Positions 41,999 through 55,815 of a DNA stretch of 64,000 nt are shown one piece after another. Every line of letters begins with the position of its first letter. Within the stretch, counting starts at the first letter, position 1. A model generated the notes under the pieces. The model did no database searches, was not told the DNA's origin, and was given only the letters and a program-made list of their open reading frames with translations. The stretch covers positions 44,826,001 through 44,890,000 of the forward strand of contig OX597821.1 in NCBI GenBank assembly GCA_951406725.2, written 5' to 3'. The DNA comes from Octopus vulgaris (Eukaryota). A program made the position numbers and the translations under genes.

Positions 41999-42479
41999 CA
42001 CTGTGTAACAATTTTTTTTCTTTTTTTGCCTTTGGTCAGTGTTATTTCCTATTTGCTTTTATTTAGAAATCAAAGGAAATGACTACTACTCCCTTCAGAC
42101 TTTGTCTTTGTGACTTTGACATCAATGCTTTGAAACCAACCTATTTTCCATTACATTTAAGACAGATTCAGCGCTGAGTTGCTGAAGCAGAAGTATTGTT
42201 ATAGCAAATATTCTGCTCAATACCACAGATTTGTTTGTCAGTTGCTTGACCTTAACCACTTGAGCATGTCCCTTAGTGACTGACGATATGTGCATCTCTG
42301 ATCATAAGCAGGAGTAGTGGGGAACATCATAGCCATTTGTTGAGAGAGATTTTGGGGTGTTTGAATAAATGTAACAAAAGCAGTCTGAAGGAAATGTTAA
42401 CCAATTTTCAAACTTTCTAAGGATAAGCAAATAGGAAATAACTGTTGCTATCCAAAGACAAAAATCATGTTACACAGTG
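41999..42479. mobile_element. Long-TIR Tc1/mariner-type MITE carrying a captured TAA-A fragment
   Basis: CACTGTGTAACA / TGTTACACAGTG ends, ~110-bp imperfect TIRs, internal 42200-42368 matches ~3385-3553; second partial copy at 46010-46303. Confidence 0.7.
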
Positions 42480-45315
42480 TTATATAATTCAATATGTGAC
42501 TTTTCAGTGAGAGAAATTTTTCTCTTTTATTTATTTTGTTTTCTTTTTGTGAAGTTAGTAACAAATAATACTTGAAATTGATAATCATTGAATTGAGGAT
42601 GTGCTGCTGTTATTGTAAGAAATTGTAAACTAGCTATTTGAGTATTTATAACACATCTATAACAAATGAGAAGATCCACATTTTAGAGAAAATTTTATGT
42701 TTGTCTTATAAGATGATTTATTGAAACTAGTGGAGTAGCCAATAGATATAGAAAAAAACTATTTATTTGTATAACTGACAATGTGAATATGACTAATTTA
42801 AATATATTCCTGTTCAACAACTTATTGAGGTCAATATTGTTGAAATATCAGCCAAGTAAACACTTCACAAACTATTGAAGAGCATTGCATAGCAATAAAT
42901 GCAATAAATATTTCAAGTGATTGTATAAAAATATATGAGTGCATTCGTCTTTAACCCTTTTAGCATTCAGATTATTTTGTCACACCTAAAGCTTATTTCT
43001 TCACATTACTTTAAATTAATGATGCATAATCTTGTAGCTCTAGCATTTCAATGATATGGTTATTTTATTTTTAGAATGACATTGTTGGATAGCTAGGAGA
43101 GGTTGGATATTTTGATTATATATGTATATCTTTAAACACTAAAATGTTAGACATGACCTTACCATGGCTTTTTAACTTGCGAAGAATGAATACATCTGGT
43201 GCGTGTACATACATCATCATTGTCATTGTTATTGCCATCATTGTCATCATTTAACATCCATCTTCTATGCTGGCATGAATTTGTCAGTTTGAAAAGATCT
43301 GATAAGCCAGAAGACTACATTGAGTGTTCTGGGTGCTTTTTTTTTTTTTTTTTTAGTGGCACCAGCACTAGTGAGGTTGTCAAGTAGCTAACAAGACAAA
43401 GAAAAAAGATAGAAGCTTCCTCAACTGAGTGGGGTTGTAGTAGAAGTGGAGGTGGTTTTATAACAGTTGTTGAGAAGTTAAAGTATAATGTTTATGCTTA
43501 TTGACTCATCAAACCCAATCTGTCCACTTCAAACTTTCTCTCTCATACTTCAAACACTCATTTCACCATCACCCTTCCTTACAATGATAATATTCAGCTG
43601 TTGTAATCGTGTGAGAACAAAATCTGCACAGATTCAATCCCATTTGTGCTATCAGTGACCTCTTCTCCCCCCTGGAATTACTTCCTTTAACCCTTTGTGG
43701 GCAGGTGGGGTTGGAATTACACAAAAGGCATTATATAGGAATGGATGGGTGAAGCTGAAATGCAAATAAAGATGTCAGTGGCAAGATGTCAGTGATAAGA
43801 TGTCAGAATGTATTCTCAGAGTGAATATGAGAAAGAATATGGACTAAGGATGGAACCGTGTGGGTGAACAAGTTCATAGTAGTGTGAAAGGAGAGCGACA
43901 GATTGTTAGAGATAGGATTTTAGGTGAATACAGTGAAAGGAATAAGGGGAAGAATGTGGCCAATGGTAAATATCATGAGAGTGATAACAGACATGGAGAG
44001 GTCAGAGGTACATAAAAGTGGCTATAGTGAGTGGGAAAAAAGATGGGTGGTGGAGGCAGTAGATAAGAGATATAGAAGGGTGTTGAGAGGGATACTTGAT
44101 ACCAGAGAGTATTGAAGATAAGATATGGCAGTTTTCGAGAATAACTCAGAGGAGAGAGAGAAGTAACTGGAGGCACAGAAAGGTACGAGCAAAGAAAATA
44201 AGTGGGAAGGGATGATATTGAGAATGAGGGATGGATATTAACCTCTCATGGGCCGACAGGACCCCAGCAAATTTTAAAAGTTAAGCTAATTTTGCATTTT
44301 TTATCTAAATGATTTTATATCTCATGACTTTTATTGTCAATAGTATATATATGCACATACAAATTTTGAGTTAAAAATTTCCAGTCATATAGATGTTATA
44401 GCATAAAATATGGTAATTGGGGTCCAACTGGACACCATTGGCTTTCTGGGAAATTATTTTTTTCTGTTCTTTTTTCAGATATTCTGATGAACTGAGTCAA
44501 TTTTCTTTGTATTTGTACTGGTATGAATCAATATATTAAATAATTTCGTTTTATTTTATATTTAGTGCTACATGTATAGTTTATAAAACTATAAAAAATG
44601 TTGATTTCTTTCAATGCAGGTTTTTTTCAGTCAATAGATTATATTTTAATTCCCTTCCATTAAACGCTAATAATTATAAATATATACCTATAAGATGCTA
44701 AATTTCTTGATCTGTATCATGCACTGACACATATATGCAAGATTAAACAAATATTACTTTGTGGATAGTGCAGAAATGCTCAAAAATAAAAGGGGTTCTT
44801 CTGCCTTTGATTCAGCAAACCATTGAGGATGTGACAGCTAGAGAGAGAGAGAAATGACAGCACTACAAGTCAACTGGTACTAAATTTCAGCTGAGTGGAG
44901 TAACAACATGAAATGAAGTACCATGCTCAAGGACACAATGCATTGGCCTCTCCAGAAATCAAACAACAATCTTATGATCATGAGCTCAACACTGCTATTA
45001 AATAAATGATGTGTGTGTGTGTGTGTGTATGTGTGAGTGTGTGTTATTATCGTCACTTAACATCCACTTTTCCATGCTTGCATGGGTTAGACAGAAGTTG
45101 GTAAGGTGGATTTTCTACAGTGAGATGCCCTTCTTGTCACCAACCTTCACCTGTTTCCAAATAAAGTAATATTCCCCATGGCCAGACATTTTTCCATGGA
45201 AGACTGGAAATGAAGGACATCAAACCCATATCAGCATGAAAAATGAACGTTAAATGATGATGAAGATGATGATAAATATACATATCTATGTCTATAAAAT
45301 TCACTGTGTGTATGT

Positions 45316-45368
<53 letters not shown>

Positions 45369-48214
45369 TCCTCTCAGCACAATCAAACTGTTGCATCAAG
45401 CTGTACCAAATTTAGCATGAAGGTTTTTCATTACCCAGGGAAGATTCTAGGGGAGTCAAATTTTGGCCCTTGCCCATATGGACATACAACCCTTCCATTT
45501 TTTTTTTTTTTGTTTTTTCAGCATATTCCTATGTTTTTGTTGTGGGAGATTCTGAATTTGCAAAAAACCATGTTTTCAAAATTCTAAATTCCCCACTCAC
45601 ACCAAATTTTTAATTTTTAACTTTTTTCAAATTTTTGTTTCTTTTTCAGTCTATGTGGAAAAATACAGAGATTAAGAATATTGGAAAAACAATTTTTAGT
45701 TTCGAATTTTCAATGAAGAACTTCAAAATTGATCCATACACCCCTCGCCACCCCATCCTGTTGTCTAAAACTGAAAATGAACTGCTAAAAATAGCAGCTA
45801 AACGTCGTCTGGAAAATTTCTGTGGTTGTGTGTGTGCATGCACAACGACTTCTACAGCTGATGCCAACGAACAGAGAAAGTAAACAGAAAAACAGTCATT
45901 CACATTAATCAAAGTCATACAATATGTTTGTGTTGGTCTGATAAGTTAATTTAAAGTTAGGTGTACATAACATATAGGAATGATTTATTTCTAAGATGCT
46001 GGCATATCATTATAGCAAATATTCTGCTCAGTAGCACAGATTTTCTGGTCAGTTGCTTGACCATAATCACTTGAGCCTGTTTGGTCTGTTCCTTAGTGAC
46101 TGACAATATGTGCATCTCTGATCATGAGCAGGTGTAATAGGGGAAGCATCATAGCTATGTGTTCAGAGGGATTCTTTGGGGTTTGAGTAAATGTAACAAA
46201 AGCAAAGTTTGGAAGAAATATTAACTATTTTTCATACTTTCTAAAGGTAAGCAAATAGGAAATATCAGTTGCTACCCAAGGACAAAAGTCGTGTTACACA
46301 GTGTAATATTAAATTCTATTAATATGGAATGCCTCAGATACATAGAGCTCAAACCAACCAGCACCACCTTTATATAGCTGTGCATTACATACAATGGACC
46401 AATGTTATTATCAGTGACAGATTGTTAAAATTTAGCTAAAGAAGTCCAACACTTATTTTTATGTCTAAAAGTAGATTTCTGATTATTCCAGTGAAGGTTG
46501 AATGAAGAAGAGAACATACCAATATAAACATCTTTTTCACAAAATATAGTAATAGAGCACTTAAACACAATATTTTTCTTGAGGCATTGATTATTGACTG
46601 AGTATGGTGATTTATCAAGACAGTTACATAAAGTAAGGTTAGTTCAGTTATTGTAGATATACTGAGTCCAGCTTGCTTTCATTAGTAGGCCTATTATTAG
46701 AATTAAATGCATCAATACATTGATCATTTGCATTAATTATGGTATTGTGGTTATTTGGATGGCTGAGAGGTACTATTACATAGATGTGGTCAGTAATTAT
46801 AGAATTATTAGTTATATAGTTTAATTTATCACAGTTATATCTTGCTAATATATTCAGCAATATTTGGCATAGTAGAGTAAGCTAGTTTAACTGTATGTCT
46901 ATTAAGTTTTATAATATGGACTGGATGCATGAAAGTGTTTATCTAAAACCAGAAAAATATACCAGCCATGTTTGAAGCAACATTTAGACCAAAGTTTGTG
47001 TGGTGGGGTGAACCACAAAATATGCTTGTGTAATATATTTTTGCTTTTAAACTTATTTTAATTAAATGTAGTAGGATCTAAAGCAATTTGGTTTTTATTT
47101 ATATTCCCTGCTTAGTAAAGCACAATGATCCTAGAGGAATTGGTTGAGGCAGCTTGTGTACATAATGTTCAGGCAAGCAATGGGCCTATAGTTTTCAGCC
47201 AATTTGGTGGTTTTATTCTTGGCTACAAGATTTGTCTGTGCTATAGCAAGTGAATTTGGTATGTCAATCTGTTCTTCTATATCATACATGGCTATTGACC
47301 CAATGACCCACAGACATACTTACCTGTCGGTGTAATTACTCTGGTAAAAATTCTTTTATATTATTTTCTTGTATTTTTATATAGTTTTACCTTATTTTAT
47401 TTTTTATTTCATCCCTTGTTATTTCTTCCTGTTATTTTGCTTAAAATAATGATATAAATGAATTTCTTAATTTCTATTTAACACTTTAAATTAATTGATA
47501 CGAGGGGGTTCATATGAAAAAAAAATTTCTTCTCTAATAAATAGTAACACAATATATCTTTACTGTGATGTTTACCCTTTACTGACCAAATCAATGTAAT
47601 TTTGTCCAGTTCTTGCCTTCTATGCACTGTATATATAAAGAGTAAATTGTGTTTTATATTTGGCATTGAACTGTTGATGTAACTATAATGTTCTGGTGAC
47701 CTGCTGAACTATGTTTCTTTATTTGCATTAATTTGTGAATATACAATGGTATTGTATAATACTGAGCAAACATATTAATACAGATGTGTATGCATAATTT
47801 CTTGCATTACAAAATTACTGCATGAAGAAGGTTGTAAAATAGCTGTAATCCTGCAGAAGTCACATTGCTAAATATACTCACCTCTCATATCGCTTGAATT
47901 TATGTTTTTATATATTTATCACAGAATAATTTTTATTGATCAGATTTTCTAGGTTTTCAGTTACATGGCCATATTACATTTCACTACTTAGAAATTGATT
48001 ACAATGTGAACTGATAGCCGAATCCGTATAAGGTGCTGTCTGTCATAGCCACACGTTTCTCTGAATCCATAAATTATACTACTCCTTTATACACACACAC
48101 ACACACACACACACTTATATATATGTATGTATTATCTATGTATATATTTATATTCTTCTATTTTAAAATTTTATTTTATATGTATGTGTGTGTGTGTGTG
48201 TGTGCATATTCTTT

Positions 48215-48540
48215 ATTCTTTTATTTGTTTCAGTCAGTTGACTTCAGCCATGCTGGAGCACCGCCTTTAATCAAACAAATCGACTCCAGGACTTATTCTT
48301 TGTAAGCCTAGTACTTATTGTATCAGTCTCTTTTACTGAACCGCTGAGTTACAGGGATGTAAATGCACCAACGTCAGTTATCAAGTGATGGTGAGAGGAC
48401 AAACACAGATGCACAGCCATATACATGTGTATATATATATATATATAACAGGCTTCTTTCAGTTTCTGTCTACCAAATTCACTCACATGGCTTTGGTCGA
48501 CCTGAGGCTATAGTAAAAGACACTTGCCCAAGATGTCACA
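48215..48540 (-). mobile_element. SINE S1, 5'-truncated
   Basis: Matches 4840-5230. Confidence 0.8.
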
Positions 48541-48989
48541 CATGGTGACAAAAGTGATAATATATGATTATTACAATAAAAATATGATTTGGGAACTCCT
48601 TCATCTATGGGTACATGATTACAGCAATAAGTGAAACTACTTAAGCCACAAATGTTCCTTCAAGTAGGTTTGAAAATTATTTTTAAGACAGAGTTAATCA
48701 TGACTGAATATTTTTATGGCACTTGAAGCAACAATCTAAATTTAGTAAATTTATCTCTTTGAAGACAATGAATAAATTTAGCATTAGTGCCAAAGTTTTC
48801 ATAGAAACTCTGCAAGCATCAACATGATTAATTCTGTTTTAAATAAAGTTTACAGAACTTTTCTTTGAATAGAATATTACTAAAAAATAATATCTCAGGT
48901 TAAATTACTTACCAATACACAATACCAGTGATAAGATTTCCCTACATATATATGCACATATACTTCATCAAATGTGACAGAAACAAGGA

Positions 48990-50266
48990 AAACCTTACTC
49001 ATAAATATTATTCCTGATTTTCCCCATTCACAATCAAATACAAACATTTCTTTTAGTCAAATTCCATCCCTATGTCAGCTGAAAATGCTGCTATTAATTC
49101 CAGCTGATTTTTGGCATTGTTAGCATTTTCAGCATAAATCTTGAGGTCATCCACAAAAAAATAATGAGTTACTTTAATATCTCTAGCAGTTGCAGACCCT
49201 AGCATGTAGCAATTTGTTGCAGCAATGATAATAGATTTAATGTCAAAATGAACAGAATTATAGAGAAGCTATCTCCTTGGAATATTCCCTTTGAAATATT
49301 TATAACCTTGGCAACAATCTTTCCACTCCCAGTTCCAAGTGTAAGAACTGTTGCCAAGGTCTTTATGATCCTTTTTGTGATACTCACAAAGACCCAGGTC
49401 ATTGTGAGCCAAATGTTGACACTTGAGCAGCCATAAGTGGGAAACAGAATCAAATGCCTTCCTAAAATCAGGCCATACTGTTTCAAGGCTCCTATAATGT
49501 TTTTTCACATCAGACAGTACAGCTTTATTTATCAAAAGTTGTTTGGCACATCCCCACATTCCCTTCTTTCCAGCAGCCTGCTTATCAGTCATTATGTTGC
49601 TGAACTCAATGATCCTTGAGGAATTGGTTGAGGCAGCTTGTGTACATAATGCTCAGGCAAGCAATGGGCCTATAGTTTTCAGCCAATTTGGTGGTTTTAT
49701 TCTTGGCTACAAGATTTGTCTGTGCCATAGCAAGTGAATTTGGTATGTCAATCTGTTCTTCTATATCATACATGTTAGTGGTCTCCAGTAAAATGTCAGC
49801 CTCTTATACCAGTATCCAACTATTAGGTCCCTTCCAGGTACCTTCCTATTATGCAATTTATCTACAACTGTGGTGGAAGTTTCTGGATCAATTATAGTTT
49901 TACTGTTGATGTTGATAAAGTATTCTCTCCTTATTGTATTTAGCATTGATGCATTGAGGTTGAAATCCTTCATTTCAACCTAGAGTTTCAACCAGAATGA
50001 TTCAAGATTTTTTTGAGAGGGGAATTTCTTAATGGTAATATTTTCCTTCCTCGTGTCTCTGTATAATGTTTGTGAATTTGAAGCAAACTGGTGATTTATA
50101 CAGGCTTATTGAAAAATTCACCTGCAGTAGAAAAGATTTTCATTCGGCACTCTGAGTTCATGTCTTAGAGCAATGATTCCCAACCTGAGGTCTATGGACC
50201 CCTGGTGGTCTGCAAAGGTAGTACTGGGGGTCCATGAACTAAATTCAAATTTCATACATATATACA

Positions 50267-50311
<45 letters not shown>

Positions 50312-50338
50312 TCATGATCATGATCATGTATATATGTA

Positions 50339-50390
<52 letters not shown>

Positions 50391-50397
50391 CATGTGT

Positions 50398-50459
<62 letters not shown>

Positions 50460-51880
50460 CAAAAATGGGACAAGAACGCAAAACATCCAGACAGATGATA
50501 CAAAGAAAACAAGGACGGGTTATTCAGAGTTTTTTATCCTCAGTCGAGTTCCAGATTATCTTTGCAATTTCGGCTGGTTATACTCAAGATTGCTCCAATC
50601 TGGCCAGCCCCAAGGAAAAACTAAGCTAAGAGCATTAGATTCCTTGGAAGAAAGCAGCAAACGTATACAAAAACAAGGACGGAAAAAAATTGGAGAAATG
50701 TTTCACAAATACAAATGCAATTAACAGGACATAACAACAAGTGTCTTTCAATTAAGGATGAATTAAATTAATCTGGCATGTGTGGAAGTAAAGCCTTACA
50801 GCATGGACATAAGATTTAACAAGCACAGGGAGGAATATAGATATTGTATGGATGGTAGTCAAACCATGAAAGAAAGGTCAGGCCTGGGCGAACACCGGTC
50901 ATGTAGGGAGAGAAGAGAGAGAGGTAGAGGCAGAGGGATAGAAGAATTAAGGAGGGGCAAGGAAAAAAATGAAAGGGACACAGTCAAGTGAAAGAGGAAG
51001 GAAAGTGAGCATGAAGAGAAGGCCAGGAAATGTGAAAGAGGGGGAACGAAAGAATGATGAGTGGAATGAACGAAGTGTGAAAGGGCTGAAAGAAAGAGGG
51101 AAAGAATGAAAGAATAAAAAGAATAATAGAGTAAAACAAAATTTAGATATATATATATACTTACTTATAAGAGACCAAAGTGTATGTACGCTGCTATATT
51201 TTATATATATAAAAAAAAAATGGGACAAGAACACAAAACATCCAGACAGATAGGTGATACAAAAAAGGGGACAACAAAACATCCAGGCAGACGATACAAA
51301 GAAAGCAAGGACTGGTCATTCAGAGTTTTAACAGGACATAACAACAAGTGACACACACATAAGGATAAGCATATTTAAAAGGGGTCCGTGGGAAAACTCA
51401 TTTCAATAAAAGGGTTGGGAATCACGGTTTTAGAGTAATTAACCTTCCCTCAAGAGCTTGGTGTGAAGAGTCACCATACACTTTCGTTAATTTATCCATA
51501 AGATGTAATCGACAATGTGTAAACTTATTATTCCTCTTACATTTTATTATCATGGTCAACCATCTATTATGGTGGCACAGATTGTTGATGATCTCTTCAG
51601 GTTTTGTTTTCCATCTAAGTTGTTTCCGTTTTGTAGTTTCTTTACCATGTATACTGCAGATTTCTCCTAGGTATTCTAGAAGAAAGATAGCAGCTGTATA
51701 TGTGAGGGTATTAATATTCCAGTAATTAACATCACATGATTCCATGTGCTCTCAACTTTCAACATTAGTGTTGTGAGAATTTTTCTTAATCTTAAGAATG
51801 GTTTGTCACTTCACAACAGTTTCAAGAAAGGAGAAAAGTTTTCTGCAAACCCTGGTTCCAGGATATTTCTAAGTTGAATA
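48990..51880 (-). mobile_element. R4/Dong-like LINE N-terminal and RT fragment, interrupted by a hAT MITE
   Basis: KVPGRDLIVGYWYK, NYRPIACL, WPDFRKAFDSVSH, GIFQGDSFS and FVDDLK motifs on the minus strand; 51428-51880 is the likely continuation. Confidence 0.75.
50171..51427. mobile_element. hAT-type MITE with 8-bp TSD, containing a nested PLE-like insertion
   Basis: TIRs CAATGATTCCCAACC / GGTTGGGAATCACGG; TSD TCTTAGAG (50163-50170) and TTTTAGAG (51428-51435). Confidence 0.8.
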
Positions 51881-53079
51881 TATTCCACACTTGTCTCTGT
51901 TGACCCAATTACATTTGGGGAGGCATGAGAATATATGTATGTATGAATGTATGTGTGTATGTATGTATGTATGTATGTATGTATGTATGTATGTATGTAT
52001 GTATGTATGTATGTATGTATGTATGTATGTATGTATGTATGTATGCATGCATGTATGTATGCACGTATACATGTATATTATCTTTCGTTTTGGGATTTGG
52101 TTTGCAAGATTCTTCATGGGAGTTCGTGTGTTGAAGTATGTACTGTTGTGTCTTGGGAGAGTCATGCTCTCCCCAGACACAACATTAAATGTATATTATA
52201 TATATATATATATGTGCATATGTGTGTGTGTGTATTTTCAATATATGGAAAAGTGCTAAGGTAACTTACTTGGGGATAAGTTGTAAATGAATTTATACCA
52301 TTTCCATGAAGCTTCTGCAAATATGCCAGCATCAGCTGGAGCAATGCCCTTAATATGGGAGATAAAATTGTTACTGTCTGTGCTATCTTCCTCTTCCCCC
52401 TTCATATCATCATCATCATCATTTTAATGTCCACCTTACCATGATTGCATGGAGTTCACTGAAGCAGTTTCTTCTCTATGCTCTTTCTGTCATCACACCA
52501 TGACTTTGGTCTTAAGCCAATCTTCATGGTTGGACACATGGAAGATTGGGAATGACTGACACTGCTTGTATGACAATGATACAACTACTGCAGTGTTAAA
52601 ACAAGGAGATACATCAGCATATGTGTGCACATGCACACAAACATACATTCACACACATATGCACACAAGCACACACACACACACATAAACACTCACACAC
52701 ACACACACACACTAAGAAATTAAAATATAAATCTGCAGAGTATAAATGGAAAAACACTAAATAGATTTTTTTATTTTTATGTACTTATTTTGCAAGATTC
52801 TTGGTGTGAAATCATGTATTGAAACAAATATTGTTATATTTCAAGATGGTCATTTTTTTTTCTTGTCAAATAAACACAGAAAGACAGTATGTACTAAACA
52901 GAACAGGAAGAGACACATAGGATGAAGAGTCCTTGAAGAGATCACAGGATGTGTGACAAAAGGTTTCCAGACAAAGGGCTTAAAATAAGAACAATAATAA
53001 ATTTGAAGTGAAGAACAAATATATAGTGTGTGTGTGTTTATTTAGCAAAAAAAATGAAAAAAATTAAATGAACATCCTG

Positions 53080-53760
53080 AAATATAACTAAATAGATTGT
53101 TTGCTTGAGATCCCACACTAGGATGGTGGCTGTGGTCTTAAATCTGTATTGATTTCATATGGAACGCATATTGTAACACTGAAGTAATATCTGCAGCAGA
53201 TGAAAGAGGCCAGTAACTATCTTGCTCAAACTTGCAACCATGAAAACAACATCATTAGGATAGCTAATGAACTTAAGGAGAGACATGAACTAAAAGCTGA
53301 TGCAAATCTCCTCCCAAAGAGCATTCTTAAATTTTTTTTTATCAGAACAACAACAACAACAACAAAAAAAAATGGATCAATTCCTTAAGAAGAAAGTGCA
53401 TAGGTATTAGGCACAAAACATGCAGGCCATAAAGGGAATAAATCATTTTAAAAGCTTGGCATGGAGTACTGTCAAGTTTATGATAGCTTATGTTGAAAGC
53501 TACCGCCATGCAATAACAACAAGGGATCCCTACTAATTACTTGCAGCATAAAAGCTAGAAAATATTGACAGACAGCAAGCGTAGGATGTGCAACTGAAGA
53601 CAACAACTACATTATTGCCAACTGCAAGAGAATGTCTTCTAAATGCAATAGCCAGAACAGTCTGGAACAGAATACAAAAAGAAAAAGAAGAAAACACCAA
53701 CAGACAATGTTGACTATATTGAGACTGGTTGGATCAAAAGAATAGTGATGAACCTTAAAA
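53080..53760 (+). mobile_element. Heavily decayed R4/Dong-like fragment
   Basis: DGGCGLKS-, AQNMQAI- and CRMC-like remnants. Confidence 0.45.
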
Positions 53761-53801
53761 ATTAAAACATTCACCATGTTTGAAACAAAACTGACTAGAT
53801 A

Positions 53802-54212
53802 GGTGCAGGAGTGGCTGTGTGGTAAGTAGCTTGCTAACCAACCACATGGTTCTGGGTTCAGTCCCACTGCGTGGCATCTTGGGCAAGTGTCTTCTGCTAT
53901 AGCCCCGGGTCGACCAATGCCTTGTGAGTGGATTTGGTAGACAGAAACTGAAAGAAGCCTGTCGTATATATGTATATATATATATATATGTGTGTTTGTG
54001 TATGTGTGTTTGTCCCCCTCGCATTGCTTGACAACCGATGCTAGTGTGTTTACGTCCCCGTCACTTAGCAGTTCGGCAAAAAGAGACCGATAGAATAAGT
54101 ACTGGGCTTACAAAGAATAAGTCCCGGGGTCGATTTGCTCGACTAAAGGTGGTGCTCCAGCATGGCCACAGTCAAATGACTGAAACAAGTAAAAGAGTAA
54201 AAGAGTAAAGAG
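53802..54212 (+). mobile_element. tRNA-derived SINE (family S1), full length
   Basis: GGTGCAGGAGTGGCTGTGTGGTAAG head, GGTTCAGTCCC B box, internal microsatellite, (AAAAGAGT)n tail. Confidence 0.9.
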
Positions 54213-54844
54213 ATAATGTTGTGGAAATCAATTGCCATCTGAACGCTACTGTGATCAGAAAAATACAGGAGAGAGAAAGGATTATTGATAAGAAGTTTTC
54301 AAATCCAGTACCCAAGATACAATTTAAGTGTATTGTAAGAGCAAGAGGATACATATCAATCCAAGTATGGCTGAACTTGGGTTTTGGGGAGAGAATACAA
54401 TTCCTTAACTCATACACTTTAAATGATCACGTTATCTGGAACAAGAAAAAATCTACAAGACCTTTTAAAAGATGATCAATGAAACAAGATGCTTTCCTTT
54501 ACAATCTTGCTAGCAAACAAGTGGTTGGCGAAAATTAATTCTAAATTATAAAGAGAAAAAGTAAACATGCATACGTACATATGTAGGAATTCCTTCACAA
54601 AGCTTTGATTCTACTCACAAAGCTTTGATTGGCCCAAGGATATAGTAAAAGATACTCCCCAAGTGCCATGAAATGTGACTGAATTGAAAACTATATAACT
54701 ACATTGCCTATATAATTTTATTTCTGTCATCTAAGCGAGTGAAATTTGAATATAATTAGTGGATCATATTTCTAATATATATAATTTTCTAGATGGTGTA
54801 ATTTAATTGTTCATTTTCAATTGAAAAAAGGTAGTTTTTTTCTA

Positions 54845-54885
<41 letters not shown>

Positions 54886-54902
54886 ACATATATATATATA
54901 TA

Positions 54903-55815
54903 TCATCATCATCGTTTAACATCCATTCTCCATGCTAGCATGGGTTGGACGGTTTGACCGGGGATCTGGGAAGCCAGAAGGCTGCACCAGGCTCCAGTCT
55001 TATCTGGCAATGTTTCTACACAGCTTCCTAACGCCAACCACTCCGTGAGTGTAGTGGGTGCTTTTTACATGCCACCTGCACAGGTGCCAGGCGAGGCTGG
55101 CAACGGCCACGGTCGGATTGGTGCATTTTACGTGCCACTGGCATGGAAGCCAGTCAAGGCGGCACTGGCATCGGCCACGATTCGGATGGTGCTTTTTACG
55201 TGCCACCGGCATGGAAGCCAGTCGAGGCGGCACTGGCGTCAGCCACGATTCGGATGGTGCTTTTTACGTACAACCAGTCCAGGGGTCCTGGCATCTGCCG
55301 GGTGCCAGTCATAGGATTGGTTCAATTTCGATTCCGATTTCGATTTCACTTGCCCCAACAGGTCTTCGCAAGCAAAGGGGGTTGGCATGGGTGCCTGTCG
55401 TCGGATGAGGTTCGATATCGACTTCGCTTGTCTCAACAGGTCTTTGTGTATCCAAGGGAGGAAAGGCATGCATAAGTGGGCTAGACTCACTTGTCCTGCC
55501 TGTTCTTCTCACGCACAGCATATTTCCAAAGGTCTCGGTCTCGGTCATTTCCTCAGTGAGGCCTAAAGTTCGAAGGTCGCGCTTCACCAACTCGTCCCAG
55601 GTTTTCCTGGGTCTACCTCTTCCACGGGTTCCCTCAACTGCAAGGGATTGGCACTTTTTCGCACACCTATCTTCATCCATTCTTGCCACATGACCATACC
55701 AGCGCAATCGTCTCTCTTGCACACCACAACTGATGCTTCTTAGGTCCAACATTTCTCTCAAGGTACTAACGCTCTGTCGAGTATGCACACTGACATTACA
55801 CATCGACAGAGCGTT
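54903..55815 (-). mobile_element. RTE LINE 3' end (coding tail plus 3' UTR with ~60-bp tandem units and (GAT)n tail)
   Basis: LREMLDLRSISCGVQERRLRWYGHVARMDEDRCAKK...GRGRPRKTW within ORF 55309-55938. Confidence 0.85.

Noticed and set aside
42871-42920. TTGAAGA-gcattgc...gcaat hammerhead-like remnant, also ~20990-21060
   Set aside because: GAAA, stem III or stem I not intact; too degenerate to support.
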